NCBI GenBank assembly: GCA_031553535.1
Contig: JAVBLM010000005.1
Coordinates: 4,113 to 68,112 of the forward strand
Length of the DNA: 64,000 bases
Source of the DNA: Bacteroidales bacterium
GTDB taxonomy: Bacteria; Bacteroidota; Bacteroidia; Bacteroidales; WCHB1-69
Reading direction: 5' to 3'
Shown: positions 1-9,663 of the stretch, piece by piece
Layout of the letters: each line of letters begins with the position of its first letter
Numbering within the stretch: position 1 is the first letter of the stretch
Notes under the pieces: model-generated
Seen by the model: only the letters and a program-made list of their open reading frames with translations
Told to the model about the DNA's origin: nothing
Databases searched by the model: none
Program-made: the position numbers and the translations under genes

Positions 1-342
1 GGATATATCAAGGAGGTTTTTAATGGAAAGATAATTCTCCGGAGATATGATAGAACTCCCTTGTACCAACATATTTATACGCCTTAGCAACGCTTGATAA
101 TCAGATATCCGGTCTTCTAAAATATTTTTCCGGTCCCTCATCGTCTGTAATCTTCTGTCAAGTACAGCCGGAACATACACTGCAAGAAATACGGTTGCAA
201 CAAGTGTTGCTAAATCGATGAGATTAATCTCTTCCGCTAAAGGCATTGTGCCATAATGACCTAAAGCTATTCCTACAACCGCACCTACAATCACAAGAGA
301 CAGATAAAGAAGCACCTTGAATATCTTTTCACTTTTTTTCAT
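1..342 (-). CDS. hypothetical membrane protein, truncated by the window edge (first 114 codons present)
   Basis: ATG at 342-340 (minus) opens a frame that stays open to position 1 (MKKSEKIFKVLLYLSLVIVGAVVGIALGHYG...). One hydrophobic helix. Absent from the ORF track because it runs off the window. No family recognised. Confidence 0.4.
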   Translation of the reverse strand, partial: MKKSEKIFKVLLYLSLVIVGAVVGIALGHYGTMPLAEEINLIDLATLVATVFLAVYVPAVLDRRLQTMRDRKNILEDRISDYQALLRRINMLVQGSSIISPENYLSIKNLLDIS

Positions 343-427
343 TATTTAGTATTTTATTTAGATTTTGCATTGAAACAAAATTATCAAAAAAAAGTTTGAA
401 AAAACAAATTATGAACAATTTGATATG

Positions 428-435
428 TAATTTTG
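428..435 (+). promoter_or_regulatory. Bacteroidetes-type -7 promoter box (TAnnTTTG)
   Basis: TAATTTTG, 101 nt upstream of the ATG at 537. Confidence 0.3.
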
Positions 436-536
436 TAACAAATGGAAAGTAGTATAAGAATCCCTTTTACTGTTTTGAGATTTAAATAGATGAAAGGATA
501 GTTTTTATAATTATTTATTCTACTTATAATCTAAAT

Positions 537-1433
537 ATGAAATTCAGGGCGATTCTTGCATGTATATTATGGGGTTCCGCATTTGCCGGAGCAAAGATCG
601 GGTTTCAATATGCTGATCCTATCTATCTTTCCGGTATGCGTTTTACTTTGGCAGGACTTTTATTGATTCCGGTAATGATTGTTAAGAAAGTACATTTTTT
701 CGATGCGCTTAAACATTGGCGATTTATGTTGCTGTTTGCTTTTATACAGACTTTTCTACAATACGGATTATTTTTCATGGGATTGAATAAAGTACCCGGT
801 GCAATATCTGCTATTATTATTGGGGCAGGCCCTTTGTTTGTGGCCATCATGGCACATTTTACACTTCAGGATGATAAAATGAGCCTGCGGAAAATAGTCG
901 CTATTGTTTTGGGTATTTCCGGCATTGTATTTATCAGTTTGTCGCAAGGTGAAATTTCGTCAAACAATCCTTCTTTTTATGCAGGAGTGGGGTTGTTGGT
1001 TTTGAGCAATATAATTGGAAGTTACACCAATATTATGGTTGTAAAGAAAAAATCTTATAATATATCGCCTTTTGTTTTAACTTCTTTTGCGAACTTTACA
1101 GGAGGAATTATGCTGCTTATTGCATCATTTATTATAGAGAAACCAGAGATAAAGGTATACCCACCGGAGTTTTATGGTGCTTTGTTATGGCTTGCCCTTA
1201 TACCGGCCGTTTCTTTTTCCCTATGGTACGGATTATTGCAAAGACCCGGTGTTAAAGTTTCGGAACTTAATATGTGGAAGTTTGTCGTTCCGGTAACCGG
1301 TTGTATTTTGAGTTGGTTGTTGTTACCCGGAGAATCCCCGACAGTTACATCGGTAATGGGAATTATTATTATCACTTTTGCATTGCAATTGCAACAACTG
1401 CCCAGCAATTTCTTTATGAAAATCAGGAAATAA
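537..1433 (+). CDS. EamA/DMT-superfamily transporter
   Basis: 298 aa with about 10 hydrophobic helices in two EamA-like halves (ILWGSAFAGAKIG... near the N-terminus). Confidence 0.85.
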   Translation: MKFRAILACILWGSAFAGAKIGFQYADPIYLSGMRFTLAGLLLIPVMIVKKVHFFDALKHWRFMLLFAFIQTFLQYGLFFMGLNKVPGAISAIIIGAGPLFVAIMAHFTLQDDKMSLRKIVAIVLGISGIVFISLSQGEISSNNPSFYAGVGLLVLSNIIGSYTNIMVVKKKSYNISPFVLTSFANFTGGIMLLIASFIIEKPEIKVYPPEFYGALLWLALIPAVSFSLWYGLLQRPGVKVSELNMWKFVVPVTGCILSWLLLPGESPTVTSVMGIIIITFALQLQQLPSNFFMKIRK

Positions 1434-1523
1434 TAAGAAATAGGAACGTTATATATCTGCTATATTTTAAAGTTTATTATCTTGTAATATTTACAAGTAT
1501 TTGTTTCTTGTCGGGTAAATAAA

Positions 1524-1566
1524 CAAAAAAACGAGATTCGGATAAATAGATGAATCTCGTTTTTTA
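1524..1566. terminator. bidirectional intrinsic terminator between convergent genes
   Basis: Perfect 9-bp stem ACGAGATTC (1531-1539) / GAATCTCGT (1552-1560). An A-run precedes it and a T-run follows. Confidence 0.75.
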
Positions 1567-1585
1567 AATAATCAAAAAAGTTTTA

Positions 1586-1987
1586 CTATTTTGTACCGTC
1601 GTATGTTACAACAGTAAGATCTGCTATTCCTGCCACATTATAAGTTAACTTCATGTTTACCGAGTTATCAGAAAAAGTGAAAGTGGCTTTTGCATTTTCA
1701 ATTTGATCCAATGTAATGCTCGAATTGATTAATTGGATAATAGTTACAAGCATAGTTCCGGTTGCTGTATATACTCCGTCTGATGTTTTTGTAAGAGGAT
1801 AACCATACAAAGTTAAAGCATCATCGGTAAGTCCTTCTATAAAGGTAAGTTTTATATTAGATTTACTCTGCCCTGCAGAAGTTATACTCCCTGTATATGT
1901 TCCGGCATAGCTTGTATCATTTTTTTTACAGCTAATAGTAGATATTGCCAAAACGGCAACGAATAATAATGTAAGCGTTTGTTTCAT
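1586..1987 (-). CDS. hypothetical lipoprotein
   Basis: 133 aa. Signal peptide with lipobox (LAISTIS-C-KKN). No family recognised. Confidence 0.6.
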   Translation of the reverse strand: MKQTLTLLFVAVLAISTISCKKNDTSYAGTYTGSITSAGQSKSNIKLTFIEGLTDDALTLYGYPLTKTSDGVYTATGTMLVTIIQLINSSITLDQIENAKATFTFSDNSVNMKLTYNVAGIADLTVVTYDGTK

Positions 1988-2028
1988 TTTATTTTTTTAT
2001 TTAGTTAAAATTATTTAGAAAAATTGTG

Positions 2029-2036
2029 CAAAGGTA
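2029..2036 (-). promoter_or_regulatory. Bacteroidetes-type -7 promoter box (TAnnTTTG)
   Basis: TACCTTTG on the minus strand, 41 nt upstream of the ATG at 1987. Confidence 0.45.
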
Positions 2037-2231
2037 ATCGATTTTTTAAATGAAACAAGCAAACTGTTAATTTGTTTTTATCATCAAGAAAAATAAATTG
2101 TATAATTGTCAAAAAAGGAATTTAATTGAACCATGATGCATCTAATTAGCGAATAATATTTCTTAAATTAGATATAAAGAGAAATAAACACATACTGCTT
2201 TATTCAAATATCTGGGTGTCTGTTTTATTAC

Positions 2232-2239
2232 TATTTTTG
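2232..2239 (+). promoter_or_regulatory. Bacteroidetes-type -7 promoter box (TAnnTTTG)
   Basis: TATTTTTG, 17 nt upstream of the ATG at 2257. Confidence 0.45.
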
Positions 2240-2256
2240 TAAAAATATTTATCAGG

Positions 2257-2805
2257 ATGAAAGATCTTTCTTTACATATAATGGATATTCTTCAAAACTC
2301 AATCCGGGCAGGTGCAACACGTATTGAGCTTGATATAATTGAAGATACAAAAAGGGATACGTATCAGTTGGTGTTTATTGATAATGGATCGGGAATGGAT
2401 GAGGAGACGGTACAAAAAGTTATTGATCCCTTCTTTACCACAAGAACAGTTAGGAAGGTAGGGTTGGGACTTCCTTTATTAAAACAGAATGCAGAAAAAA
2501 CAGGTGGAAGCTTGGAAATAGATTCAGAATTAGGCAAAGGAACCAAAGTAACTGCCATTTTCTCTCATCAACATATCGATCGTCCTTCTTTAGGAGATGT
2601 TGCCGGAGCAATTGTGTTAACGGCTTCTGCCTATCCGGATATTCATTTTATATATAAACATGAGAAAGATGGAAAAGAATTTGTTTTTGATACGGAAGAA
2701 ATCAATGAAGCCTTAGACGGTATTTCTATTCAGGAACCCGAAATTATCAAATATTTACGGGAGATGATTTCCGAAAACTTGAAAGAAATAGGAGTTGATT
2801 CTTAG
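2257..2805 (+). CDS. stand-alone GHKL (histidine-kinase-like) ATPase domain protein
   Basis: 182 aa with Bergerat-fold motifs (DNGSGMD, GLGLPL, GKGT). No DHp, sensor or receiver domain. Confidence 0.7.
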   Translation: MKDLSLHIMDILQNSIRAGATRIELDIIEDTKRDTYQLVFIDNGSGMDEETVQKVIDPFFTTRTVRKVGLGLPLLKQNAEKTGGSLEIDSELGKGTKVTAIFSHQHIDRPSLGDVAGAIVLTASAYPDIHFIYKHEKDGKEFVFDTEEINEALDGISIQEPEIIKYLREMISENLKEIGVDS

Positions 2806-3045
2806 AAAGTGAATATAAATACATCAAACTATGGCAATAATTAAAAAACCACGCGTGACCGTTTTATCTGATTGAAAATACACTAATCCAAAAAGAGGGC
2901 GATAAAATCAAAAAGACCAAAACCCATTGAAGACCTTGCCGATCGTATTGTGCGGGAACGCACCGAGTATCGCATGATTTTGCTTAACGATTAATGCGAA
3001 TCAAGAGTTGAAAATAGGATTAATGTTCAGATATATGAAATAGAT

Positions 3046-3135
3046 AACAGAAGTTAAACAAGTCAGAGGTAATAATTGCAACAGGCAGAAGAAAGAAAGG
3101 GTAAAACCAATAAAATAAATAAAAAGCAGAAAGCA
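3046..3135 (+). repeat. partial copy (left end plus core) of the AACAGAAGTTA MITE-like family
   Basis: AACAGAAGTTAAACAAGT...GCAACAGGCAGAAGAAAGAAAGGGTAAAACCAATAAAATAAATAAA aligns by eye with the left halves of the full copies at 51844 and 54908. Confidence 0.55.
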
Positions 3136-3222
3136 AATCGTCAAATAGCCAGACCAACACATATCCAACCAAACAATTTACCTTTTTAAATGTTTAAAAC
3201 GATGTTATAGCATATTTTTTGT

Positions 3223-3230
3223 TAGCTTTG
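3223..3230 (+). promoter_or_regulatory. Bacteroidetes-type -7 promoter box (TAnnTTTG)
   Basis: TAGCTTTG, 23 nt upstream of the cbpA ATG. Confidence 0.45.
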
Positions 3231-3253
3231 CATTAAAATAAAGAAGATAAATT

Positions 3254-4171
3254 ATGGCATTTATAGACTATTATAGCATCCTGGGTGTTGATCGAAAAGC
3301 ATCGGCTGATGATATCAAAAAGGCATATCGGAAGTTGGCGCGGAAGTATCATCCTGATGTAAATCCGGATGATTCGAATGCTCATTCTAAGTTTCAACAG
3401 ATAAACGAAGCAAATGAAGTATTGAGCGATCCTGAAAAAAGGAGAAAGTACGATGAGTACGGGGAAAACTGGAAGCACGCGGATGAATATGAAAAGGCTC
3501 ATCGTGAGCAAGCCAAGCATGGAGGCTTTTCGAGTGATTTTGGAGGAGGAGGCTATTCGTATGGCTTTTCCGGAGATGATTTAGGTGGTGGATTTTCTGA
3601 TTTTTTCGAATCACTTTTTGGAAATAGCGCTCGCGCGGGTGCGGGTGGAAGAAGGTCGGCTGGATATAAAGGGAATGATTATAATGCGGAACTGCATATT
3701 AGTCTACATAATGCTGCACAAACACATAAGCAAACGCTGACTGTTAACGGGAAGAATATCCGTATTACGGTTCCTGCCGGTGTTACGGATGGACAAGTTA
3801 TCAAACTGAAAGGGCAGGGAGGGCCGGGAGTAAATGGCGGGCCCAATGGTGATTTATATATAACATTTGTAATTGCGAAGGATCATGAATTTCAACGAAA
3901 GGGGAATGACTTATATGCAACGGTTCCATTGGATCTTTATACTGCAGTATTGGGTGGGGAAACTACTGTTAATACATTAGATGGTAAGGTGAAACTGAAA
4001 GTGAAACCAGAAACCCAGAATGGAACCAAGATACGTTTGAAAGGAAAGGGATTTCCTGTTTATAAAGAGGAAGGTCATTTCGGGGATCTATTTATCACCT
4101 ATTCCATTAAAATTCCCACAGGGCTGACAGAAAAGCAAAAAGAACTGTTTCAACAATTAGCTAATTCTTAA
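3254..4171 (+). CDS. cbpA: J-domain co-chaperone, CbpA class (curved-DNA-binding protein)
   Basis: 305 aa. J-domain with HPD ([16 protein letters not shown]), a Gly-rich linker and two DnaJ C-terminal beta domains. No Cys-rich zinc finger. Confidence 0.85.
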   Translation: MAFIDYYSILGVDRKASADDIKKAYRKLARKYHPDVNPDDSNAHSKFQQINEANEVLSDPEKRRKYDEYGENWKHADEYEKAHREQAKHGGFSSDFGGGGYSYGFSGDDLGGGFSDFFESLFGNSARAGAGGRRSAGYKGNDYNAELHISLHNAAQTHKQTLTVNGKNIRITVPAGVTDGQVIKLKGQGGPGVNGGPNGDLYITFVIAKDHEFQRKGNDLYATVPLDLYTAVLGGETTVNTLDGKVKLKVKPETQNGTKIRLKGKGFPVYKEEGHFGDLFITYSIKIPTGLTEKQKELFQQLANS

Positions 4172-4182
4172 TCAAAAAAGGT

Positions 4183-4500
4183 ATGGATCAAGATTTAATT
4201 TTATTAAGTGAATATTGTGATAATAGCCGTGTAGAGCTTGAATTTGTGTTGTTGTTGGAAGATGAAGGTCTGATCGAGACACAAATATATGATAATGCTA
4301 AATATCTTCAATCATCTCAACTAAAAGATCTGGAGACTTTTTCCCGCTTGCATTACGATTTATCGATTAATATTGAAGGGATTGATGTTATTAATAACCT
4401 GTTAAACAAAGTCCGGAAAATGGAGTGGGAGCTTTCCGTCCTGCGCAGGCAACTTGATATGGATCCATTTATGGCAGATGATTTCTTTGACGAATTCTGA
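4183..4500 (+). CDS. cbpM: chaperone modulator CbpM-like protein
   Basis: 105 aa, starting 11 nt after cbpA. Has the MerR-like small-protein layout typical of CbpM. The call rests on synteny plus resemblance. Confidence 0.65.
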   Translation: MDQDLILLSEYCDNSRVELEFVLLLEDEGLIETQIYDNAKYLQSSQLKDLETFSRLHYDLSINIEGIDVINNLLNKVRKMEWELSVLRRQLDMDPFMADDFFDEF

Positions 4501-4554
4501 TTTCCAATAGTTCCGTAAATGCCTATGATAGAGCAGGTAATTGTATCTGATATA

Positions 4555-5133
4555 TTAGTTTTCTATAATGATATCATATTTTGTAAGTAACCCCATGGTG
4601 CCGTATATTGAGAATTTTGCATGCTTGATATAGTTCTGCGCAGGATCGATAATATAGTTTATTGCAGATACAAAGTCTGTCCCTTTGCAGTTGGTATGTT
4701 CAAAGATAGCTCCTTCAAGGTCGCAATGTATAAATTTCGATTCGGATATGTCCGCACCGGAAAAAACAGTATTTTTTAAAGAAGTATTCCGGAAAGTTGT
4801 TTTCTCCATTTTTCTGTTCGTAAACAAAGCATAATCGGCAATACAATCTTCCATTTTGATAGAAAATAAAAAATCGATGCACTCGCTGAAATCTGCTCCG
4901 AGCACTTTACTTTCTTTAAAAAGAACACTGTCCATCTTGCACTTCCTGAATTTGGCCAACGATAGATCACAATTCAAAAAGGTACATTTCGAAAATAAGT
5001 TTGATGTGAATAAAAAACCGGAAAAGGAACAATGCTCGAATACACATCTTTCAAATTCTTTATTGCATAGCTCGTTTTCCGTAAGTATTATATTTTTAAA
5101 GATTCTATCTTCATGAAATAATTCGTTTTCCAT
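4555..5133 (-). CDS. pentapeptide-repeat protein
   Basis: 192 aa made almost entirely of tandem pentapeptide units (CSFSGFLFTSNLFSKCTFLNCDLSLAKFRKCKMDS...). Confidence 0.8.
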   Translation of the reverse strand: MENELFHEDRIFKNIILTENELCNKEFERCVFEHCSFSGFLFTSNLFSKCTFLNCDLSLAKFRKCKMDSVLFKESKVLGADFSECIDFLFSIKMEDCIADYALFTNRKMEKTTFRNTSLKNTVFSGADISESKFIHCDLEGAIFEHTNCKGTDFVSAINYIIDPAQNYIKHAKFSIYGTMGLLTKYDIIIEN

Positions 5134-5160
5134 CTATCTAATTCCATTTTTATTTTGATA

Positions 5161-5168
5161 CAAAAATA
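5161..5168 (-). promoter_or_regulatory. Bacteroidetes-type -7 promoter box (TAnnTTTG)
   Basis: TATTTTTG on the minus strand, 27 nt upstream of the ATG at 5133. Confidence 0.45.
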
Positions 5169-5330
5169 GTATTTTCTTTTTTGTGAATGAAATTTAATCT
5201 CTACAGGTTTTTCGATCTTCATAATAAACGTTTTTTATAGTTAAAATGAAAAGAGAAAAAGAAGAAGCGAAGAAAAACGGAACCATTGATGGTAACCATT
5301 TTTCAGCGAGGGAGTCGTTCCAAAATAAAA

Positions 5331-5365
5331 ACCTCTTTCCATAAAAAGAAAGAGGTCTTTTATTT
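5331..5365. terminator. intrinsic terminator hairpin
   Basis: 9-bp stem ACCTCTTTC (5331-5339) / GAAAGAGGT (5348-5356) with T-runs on both strands. It lies 50-60 nt downstream of the stop of the minus-strand gene 5415-5807. Confidence 0.65.
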
Positions 5366-5414
5366 GGTCTTCTTTATTTTTATTGCCGTTATTGAGACAA
5401 TAAAACAAAATATA

Positions 5415-5807
5415 CTATTTAGTGATTTTTTTAGAAGATAAAACCGTAACCATAATTACCATTCCTGCTATAAAAAGGAAGAAAATATTAAAAGGCTTTT
5501 GAATCTCCCTGCCTACAATTCTTAAAACGCCCAGACAGGTTACCTTTCCTGTAGGAAAGTTAGCACTTATATCATAACTGCCGTTGCTTAGTACTACATT
5601 CGTATTGAGACTGTGTGTTGAATAAGCGGAGTTTTGATAATAAGCCTGTACGACTTCTTTTTCTTCTAAGTAGGCTTTACGGATACAAAACGATCCTTTT
5701 ACTGCGATAATACTTAAAACCAAAATGATTATCACGGATGGCTTTTGAAAAATTTTCCAGGAGAGTTTTTTCTTCTTAGCAATAGAAATTTGATCAATGC
5801 TACTCAT
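5415..5807 (-). CDS. hypothetical membrane protein
   Basis: 130 aa with hydrophobic helices near both ends. No family recognised. Confidence 0.45.
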   Translation of the reverse strand: MSSIDQISIAKKKKLSWKIFQKPSVIIILVLSIIAVKGSFCIRKAYLEEKEVVQAYYQNSAYSTHSLNTNVVLSNGSYDISANFPTGKVTCLGVLRIVGREIQKPFNIFFLFIAGMVIMVTVLSSKKITK

Positions 5808-5909
5808 GTCTTTTTATTTTTAGTTATTAGTTTAATGCTTTACGATCCCTTCATTGTTTTTCTTTTAGTTTTAAGTTGAGTTATTTTGTTTAAAAAAATC
5901 TATATGGTG

Positions 5910-5917
5910 CAAAAGTA
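5910..5917 (-). promoter_or_regulatory. Bacteroidetes-type -7 promoter box (TAnnTTTG)
   Basis: TACTTTTG on the minus strand, 102 nt upstream of the ATG at 5807. Confidence 0.35.
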
Positions 5918-6453
5918 TTAAAATATCATAAATAAAAGTTGTTTTTTTTGATAATTTTTTACTTCTTTTTGTAAATATTTTAGAAGTTGTAGGTTGATAA
6001 TTTTACTTTGTTTGTATAATTTACTATTTGTGAATATTTTATCTTCTGAAAATAGTGATTTTAATGCTTGTATGATTGTGTTTTTTTTGTTCCTTTCAGA
6101 AGAAAATATATGTTTTTGATTCATTATAAGTGCTTATTTTTGATAAAATTGGATAATATTAGATTATTTTATGTTGCAATTTGGAAGGATTTTTATTGTT
6201 TAGGCGAATAAATTTTATATTTATATATTTTGCCGAATTGAAAAGGTAACTTAAAAATATCTGTATCGGCCGATCCCGGCGGAAGACGTTAGATTGCGAA
6301 GAATTTTCCGATAAGCAAATACGAGTCGATGGACAGAAGGACTGCTGTCATTATTTCGTGTCGGAAGAGGGCCTTGTGTTGTTCCTGTAACACAATTAGA
6401 TTTCTAAAATAGATATTTATAATAAAGAATAATATATTGCGGAAATAAAATAT

Positions 6454-6461
6454 ATATCTTT
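6454..6461 (+). promoter_or_regulatory. Bacteroidetes-type -7 promoter box (TAnnTTTG)
   Basis: TATCTTTG, 56 nt upstream of the ATG at 6518. An ATTG lies 15 nt further upstream as a possible -33 element. Confidence 0.45.
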
Positions 6462-6517
6462 GCTAAAAATATTTTTCAACTTTATATAGGAATTCCATCA
6501 CCCGTAAAAAATAATTT

Positions 6518-9388
6518 ATGAAAAGAGCAGTCATTATATTAATAATCCAATACATGGTAAGCATTTCCTTTTCCCAGAAAATCAGCCTGGAGGCAGATAC
6601 ATTTAGGTTGGCCAATGGGTTGAAAGTGATTTTGTGTGAGGATCATTCCAAACCGGAAATTTTTGGGGCTGTTTGCATACATGCAGGCAGCAAAAATGAT
6701 CCTGTAGATGCTACCGGAATGGCTCATTATTTTGAACACATCATGTTTAAGGGAACCGATAAAATCGGAACGACCGACTGGGAAAAGGAGAAAATCTTTT
6801 TGGACAGTATTTCTCTTTTTTATGATCGATTGCATGAAACTTCCGATGCAAAACAAAGAGAAAGCATACAAAAAAAGATCAATGAATTGAGTATTGAAGC
6901 GTCCCAATATGCCATTCCCAATGAAGTGTATACCATTTTGAAGAAAATGGGAGGAAAACATATCAATGCTTTTACAAGCTATGATGTTACTGCTTATTTT
7001 AATTCTTTCCCTTCTAATGAGTTGGAGAACTGGATGGATGTATATATGGAACGATTCCGTAATCCGGTTTTCCGCTTGTTTCAATCGGAGTTGGAAACCG
7101 TATATGAAGAAAAGAACATGTATGATGACAATCCTGCATCCAAGTTTATGGAAGATGGGATGAAGCTATTTTATGGGGAACACCCCTATGGCCGTCCGGT
7201 TATTGGTTATAGCGAGCATTTGAAAAATCCGCAAATAGCGCGGATACAAGACTTTTTCAATGCCTATTATGTTGCCAATAATATGACGTTGGTTCTGGTA
7301 GGGGATTTCAACAGCAAAGAAATCAAACCGTTAATAGTATCAACATTTGGGAAAATGCGTTCAGGGAAACTTCCCGGGCAAATATCATATGTTCTTCCCG
7401 AAATAAAAGGAAAGCAAATAGTCAATACACGGCAAACGCCCATAAAAGTCGGAGCAATTGCTTTCAGGGGTGCTTCTTCACATCATCAAGACAGATTGGG
7501 ATTGGAAATATGTTCGCGTTTGTTTTCCAACGATGCCTCCACCGGATTGTTTGATAGGCTGGGAACCGATAACAAACTCATGATGGCGCAGATGATGAGT
7601 ATGTCGCTGAAAGAACACGGGTTGTTTGCAATTCTTTATATGCCCAAAATACTTGGGCAATCGCACGCAAAAGCCGAAAAGCTTATTTTCGATTGTATTG
7701 ATTCTATCAAAAACGGATATTTCAGTGATGATTTGCTCGAAGCTATCAAAACGGAATATGTCTCTTCGCTGATACAAGAATTTGAAAATATGGAAGGAAA
7801 ATTCATCAAGCTCTTATATGCCGAGATGGAAGGAAATAACTGGAGTGATTTAATCACTAATATAGAAACGGTAAATAATTTTACAAAGCAAGATATGATG
7901 GATATTGCAAAGAGATATCTGGGGAATGACTGTTTGGTTTACCGTTCAAAAATGGGTTTCCCAAAAAAAGATAAACTCAAAAAGCCGGACTGGAAACCTA
8001 TTCCATCCCAAAATAATGACCGGTCTTCCGGTTTTGCTCAGGCAATTGCCGGGCGTCCTGTTTCTGAAATCAATCCGCAGGTTATAGATTTCAAAAATGA
8101 TATCTCCACGAAAACATTGAATGATAAATATACGGTATATGCGGTAAAGAATCCCTATAATGATATCTTTACATTGAATATTATGGCTAATTACGGATTA
8201 TTGAATGATAATGAATTGGATTTTGTGATTGAGTATTGGCAATTGCAGGGAACGACATCCAAAAGTAGTGATGAATTCAATCTCATCCTGCAAAAACTGG
8301 GAGCTTCAATTGAAATAAAGGCTCTCCATGACAAGTTCATTATTTCAATCAAAGGGTTTGAAAAAGACCTGGATACTATCCTACGACTTTGTAGTGAGAA
8401 GCTGTATTCCCCGGGCAATGATGAATCAAAACTGGCGTTGCTCGTCGACAATTATATGGCAAGTATCCGTTATAATAAAAAGGATGCATCTACTTATGGG
8501 GATGCGATATTTGAATATGCTTTGTATGGAAATCAATCACAATACTTACGCACCCCGACTTTAAATGAAATAAAGCTGTTTACAGGAAATTATCTGCTTG
8601 AAAAAATGACCAAGCCTTTTCAACAGGACGGATGTATTGCTTTCGTAGGAAATACGCCGGTTGATATATTGGAACAATATGTAACGGATGCTTTTCAATG
8701 GGACGTTACTACGCCTGTAGAAGAACTATCTTTCTTGGAAGAAAAAGAATATACGGAAAATAGGTTTTTTTTTATTCACAATAAAACATTGCGTCAAAGC
8801 AATATTCATTTTTATGTTCGGGGAGAGAATACGAGTGAACAAAACAAATCAATGATCAAGGGCTTCAATGCTTATTTCGGTACGGATATGTATTCTCTTG
8901 TTTTCCAGGAAGTCCGGGAGCTTCGTTCATTGTCGTATTCGGCAGCAGCAATCTACCATAGCGATGTTTTCAATCGAAAGCCGGGATACCTGTCTGCATA
9001 TATGGGAACTCAATCCGATAAAACGGTAGAAGGGATCAACGCCATGCGTGATTTGATTCTCAATATGCCTCAAAAACCGGATAAATTTCAAACGGCAAAA
9101 GAATCTTTAATGAAAAGCAATGCGTCGGATTATATTAATTTTCGTAGTATTCCGGCTTATGTTTATCTTTGGGGAAAACAAGGATACACACAAGACCCAC
9201 GCATCGAACAGAATAATCACATTAAAAGTATGGTATTTGACGATTTGCTGGACTTCTATCGAACAACAATAGCAAAAAAACCGGTTATTATTACGCTTTC
9301 GGGAAATATGAAACAGGTCAAGAAGGAAGAACTTCAGCAATTCGGAAAAATGACTGAACTGCAATACAAGGATATTTTTAAAGAATAG
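6518..9388 (+). CDS. M16-family (pitrilysin/insulinase-like) zinc peptidase, exported
   Basis: 956 aa with a signal peptide and the inverted zinc motif HxxEH (AHYFEHIMFKGT). The length fits two fused M16 halves. Confidence 0.85.
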   Translation: MKRAVIILIIQYMVSISFSQKISLEADTFRLANGLKVILCEDHSKPEIFGAVCIHAGSKNDPVDATGMAHYFEHIMFKGTDKIGTTDWEKEKIFLDSISLFYDRLHETSDAKQRESIQKKINELSIEASQYAIPNEVYTILKKMGGKHINAFTSYDVTAYFNSFPSNELENWMDVYMERFRNPVFRLFQSELETVYEEKNMYDDNPASKFMEDGMKLFYGEHPYGRPVIGYSEHLKNPQIARIQDFFNAYYVANNMTLVLVGDFNSKEIKPLIVSTFGKMRSGKLPGQISYVLPEIKGKQIVNTRQTPIKVGAIAFRGASSHHQDRLGLEICSRLFSNDASTGLFDRLGTDNKLMMAQMMSMSLKEHGLFAILYMPKILGQSHAKAEKLIFDCIDSIKNGYFSDDLLEAIKTEYVSSLIQEFENMEGKFIKLLYAEMEGNNWSDLITNIETVNNFTKQDMMDIAKRYLGNDCLVYRSKMGFPKKDKLKKPDWKPIPSQNNDRSSGFAQAIAGRPVSEINPQVIDFKNDISTKTLNDKYTVYAVKNPYNDIFTLNIMANYGLLNDNELDFVIEYWQLQGTTSKSSDEFNLILQKLGASIEIKALHDKFIISIKGFEKDLDTILRLCSEKLYSPGNDESKLALLVDNYMASIRYNKKDASTYGDAIFEYALYGNQSQYLRTPTLNEIKLFTGNYLLEKMTKPFQQDGCIAFVGNTPVDILEQYVTDAFQWDVTTPVEELSFLEEKEYTENRFFFIHNKTLRQSNIHFYVRGENTSEQNKSMIKGFNAYFGTDMYSLVFQEVRELRSLSYSAAAIYHSDVFNRKPGYLSAYMGTQSDKTVEGINAMRDLILNMPQKPDKFQTAKESLMKSNASDYINFRSIPAYVYLWGKQGYTQDPRIEQNNHIKSMVFDDLLDFYRTTIAKKPVIITLSGNMKQVKKEELQQFGKMTELQYKDIFKE

Positions 9389-9398
9389 GATTTATGAA

Positions 9399-9593
9399 TT
9401 ATTGGACATGAATTTGTTGCAACAGGGTGCTTGTTTTGTTCACATCACCCTGCCAGGGTAGATAGTTTGTAAACAGATCTTGGATTTTGAATGCCTTGGT
9501 ATCGGACAGGTTAGCTGATTTTTTTACTTCCATGTGAAACTGGAGATGTTCATTGTTACGTAAACGGGGATTGTTAATGAATTTAATTTCCAT
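9399..9593 (-). pseudogene. possible N-terminal remnant of a Bacteroidetes hypothetical-protein family
   Basis: The 64-aa ORF (MEIKFINNPRLRNNEHLQFHMEVKK...) resembles the N-terminus (RLRNxEHxQF) of a roughly 200-aa Bacteroidetes family from memory. It stops 10 nt from the convergent M16 gene. Confidence 0.25.
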
Positions 9594-9663
9594 AGTTTAT
9601 AATAATGTAATGATTACTGTTTATTTTTTCCCTGCGGGGGATATTTTTTCTTCCAATAAGCGC

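Noticed and set aside
5246-5344. A 32-codon ORF (MKREKEEAKKNGTIDGNHFSARESFQNKNLFP) ending inside the terminator hairpin.
   Set aside because: It has a low-complexity Lys/Glu start and no promoter box, and its stop lies within the hairpin of the convergent gene terminator. There is not enough evidence for a real small protein.
6539-7084. Long antisense ORFs inside well-supported genes. Examples are 6539-7084, 11646-12119, 15689-16087, 17569-17931, 32881-33435, 33225-33626, 34491-35177, 31011-31424, 32128-32711, 58142-58612 and 59152-59511.
   Set aside because: Each is fully embedded opposite a gene with clear family motifs. They have no independent promoter box and their composition is typical of shadow ORFs.
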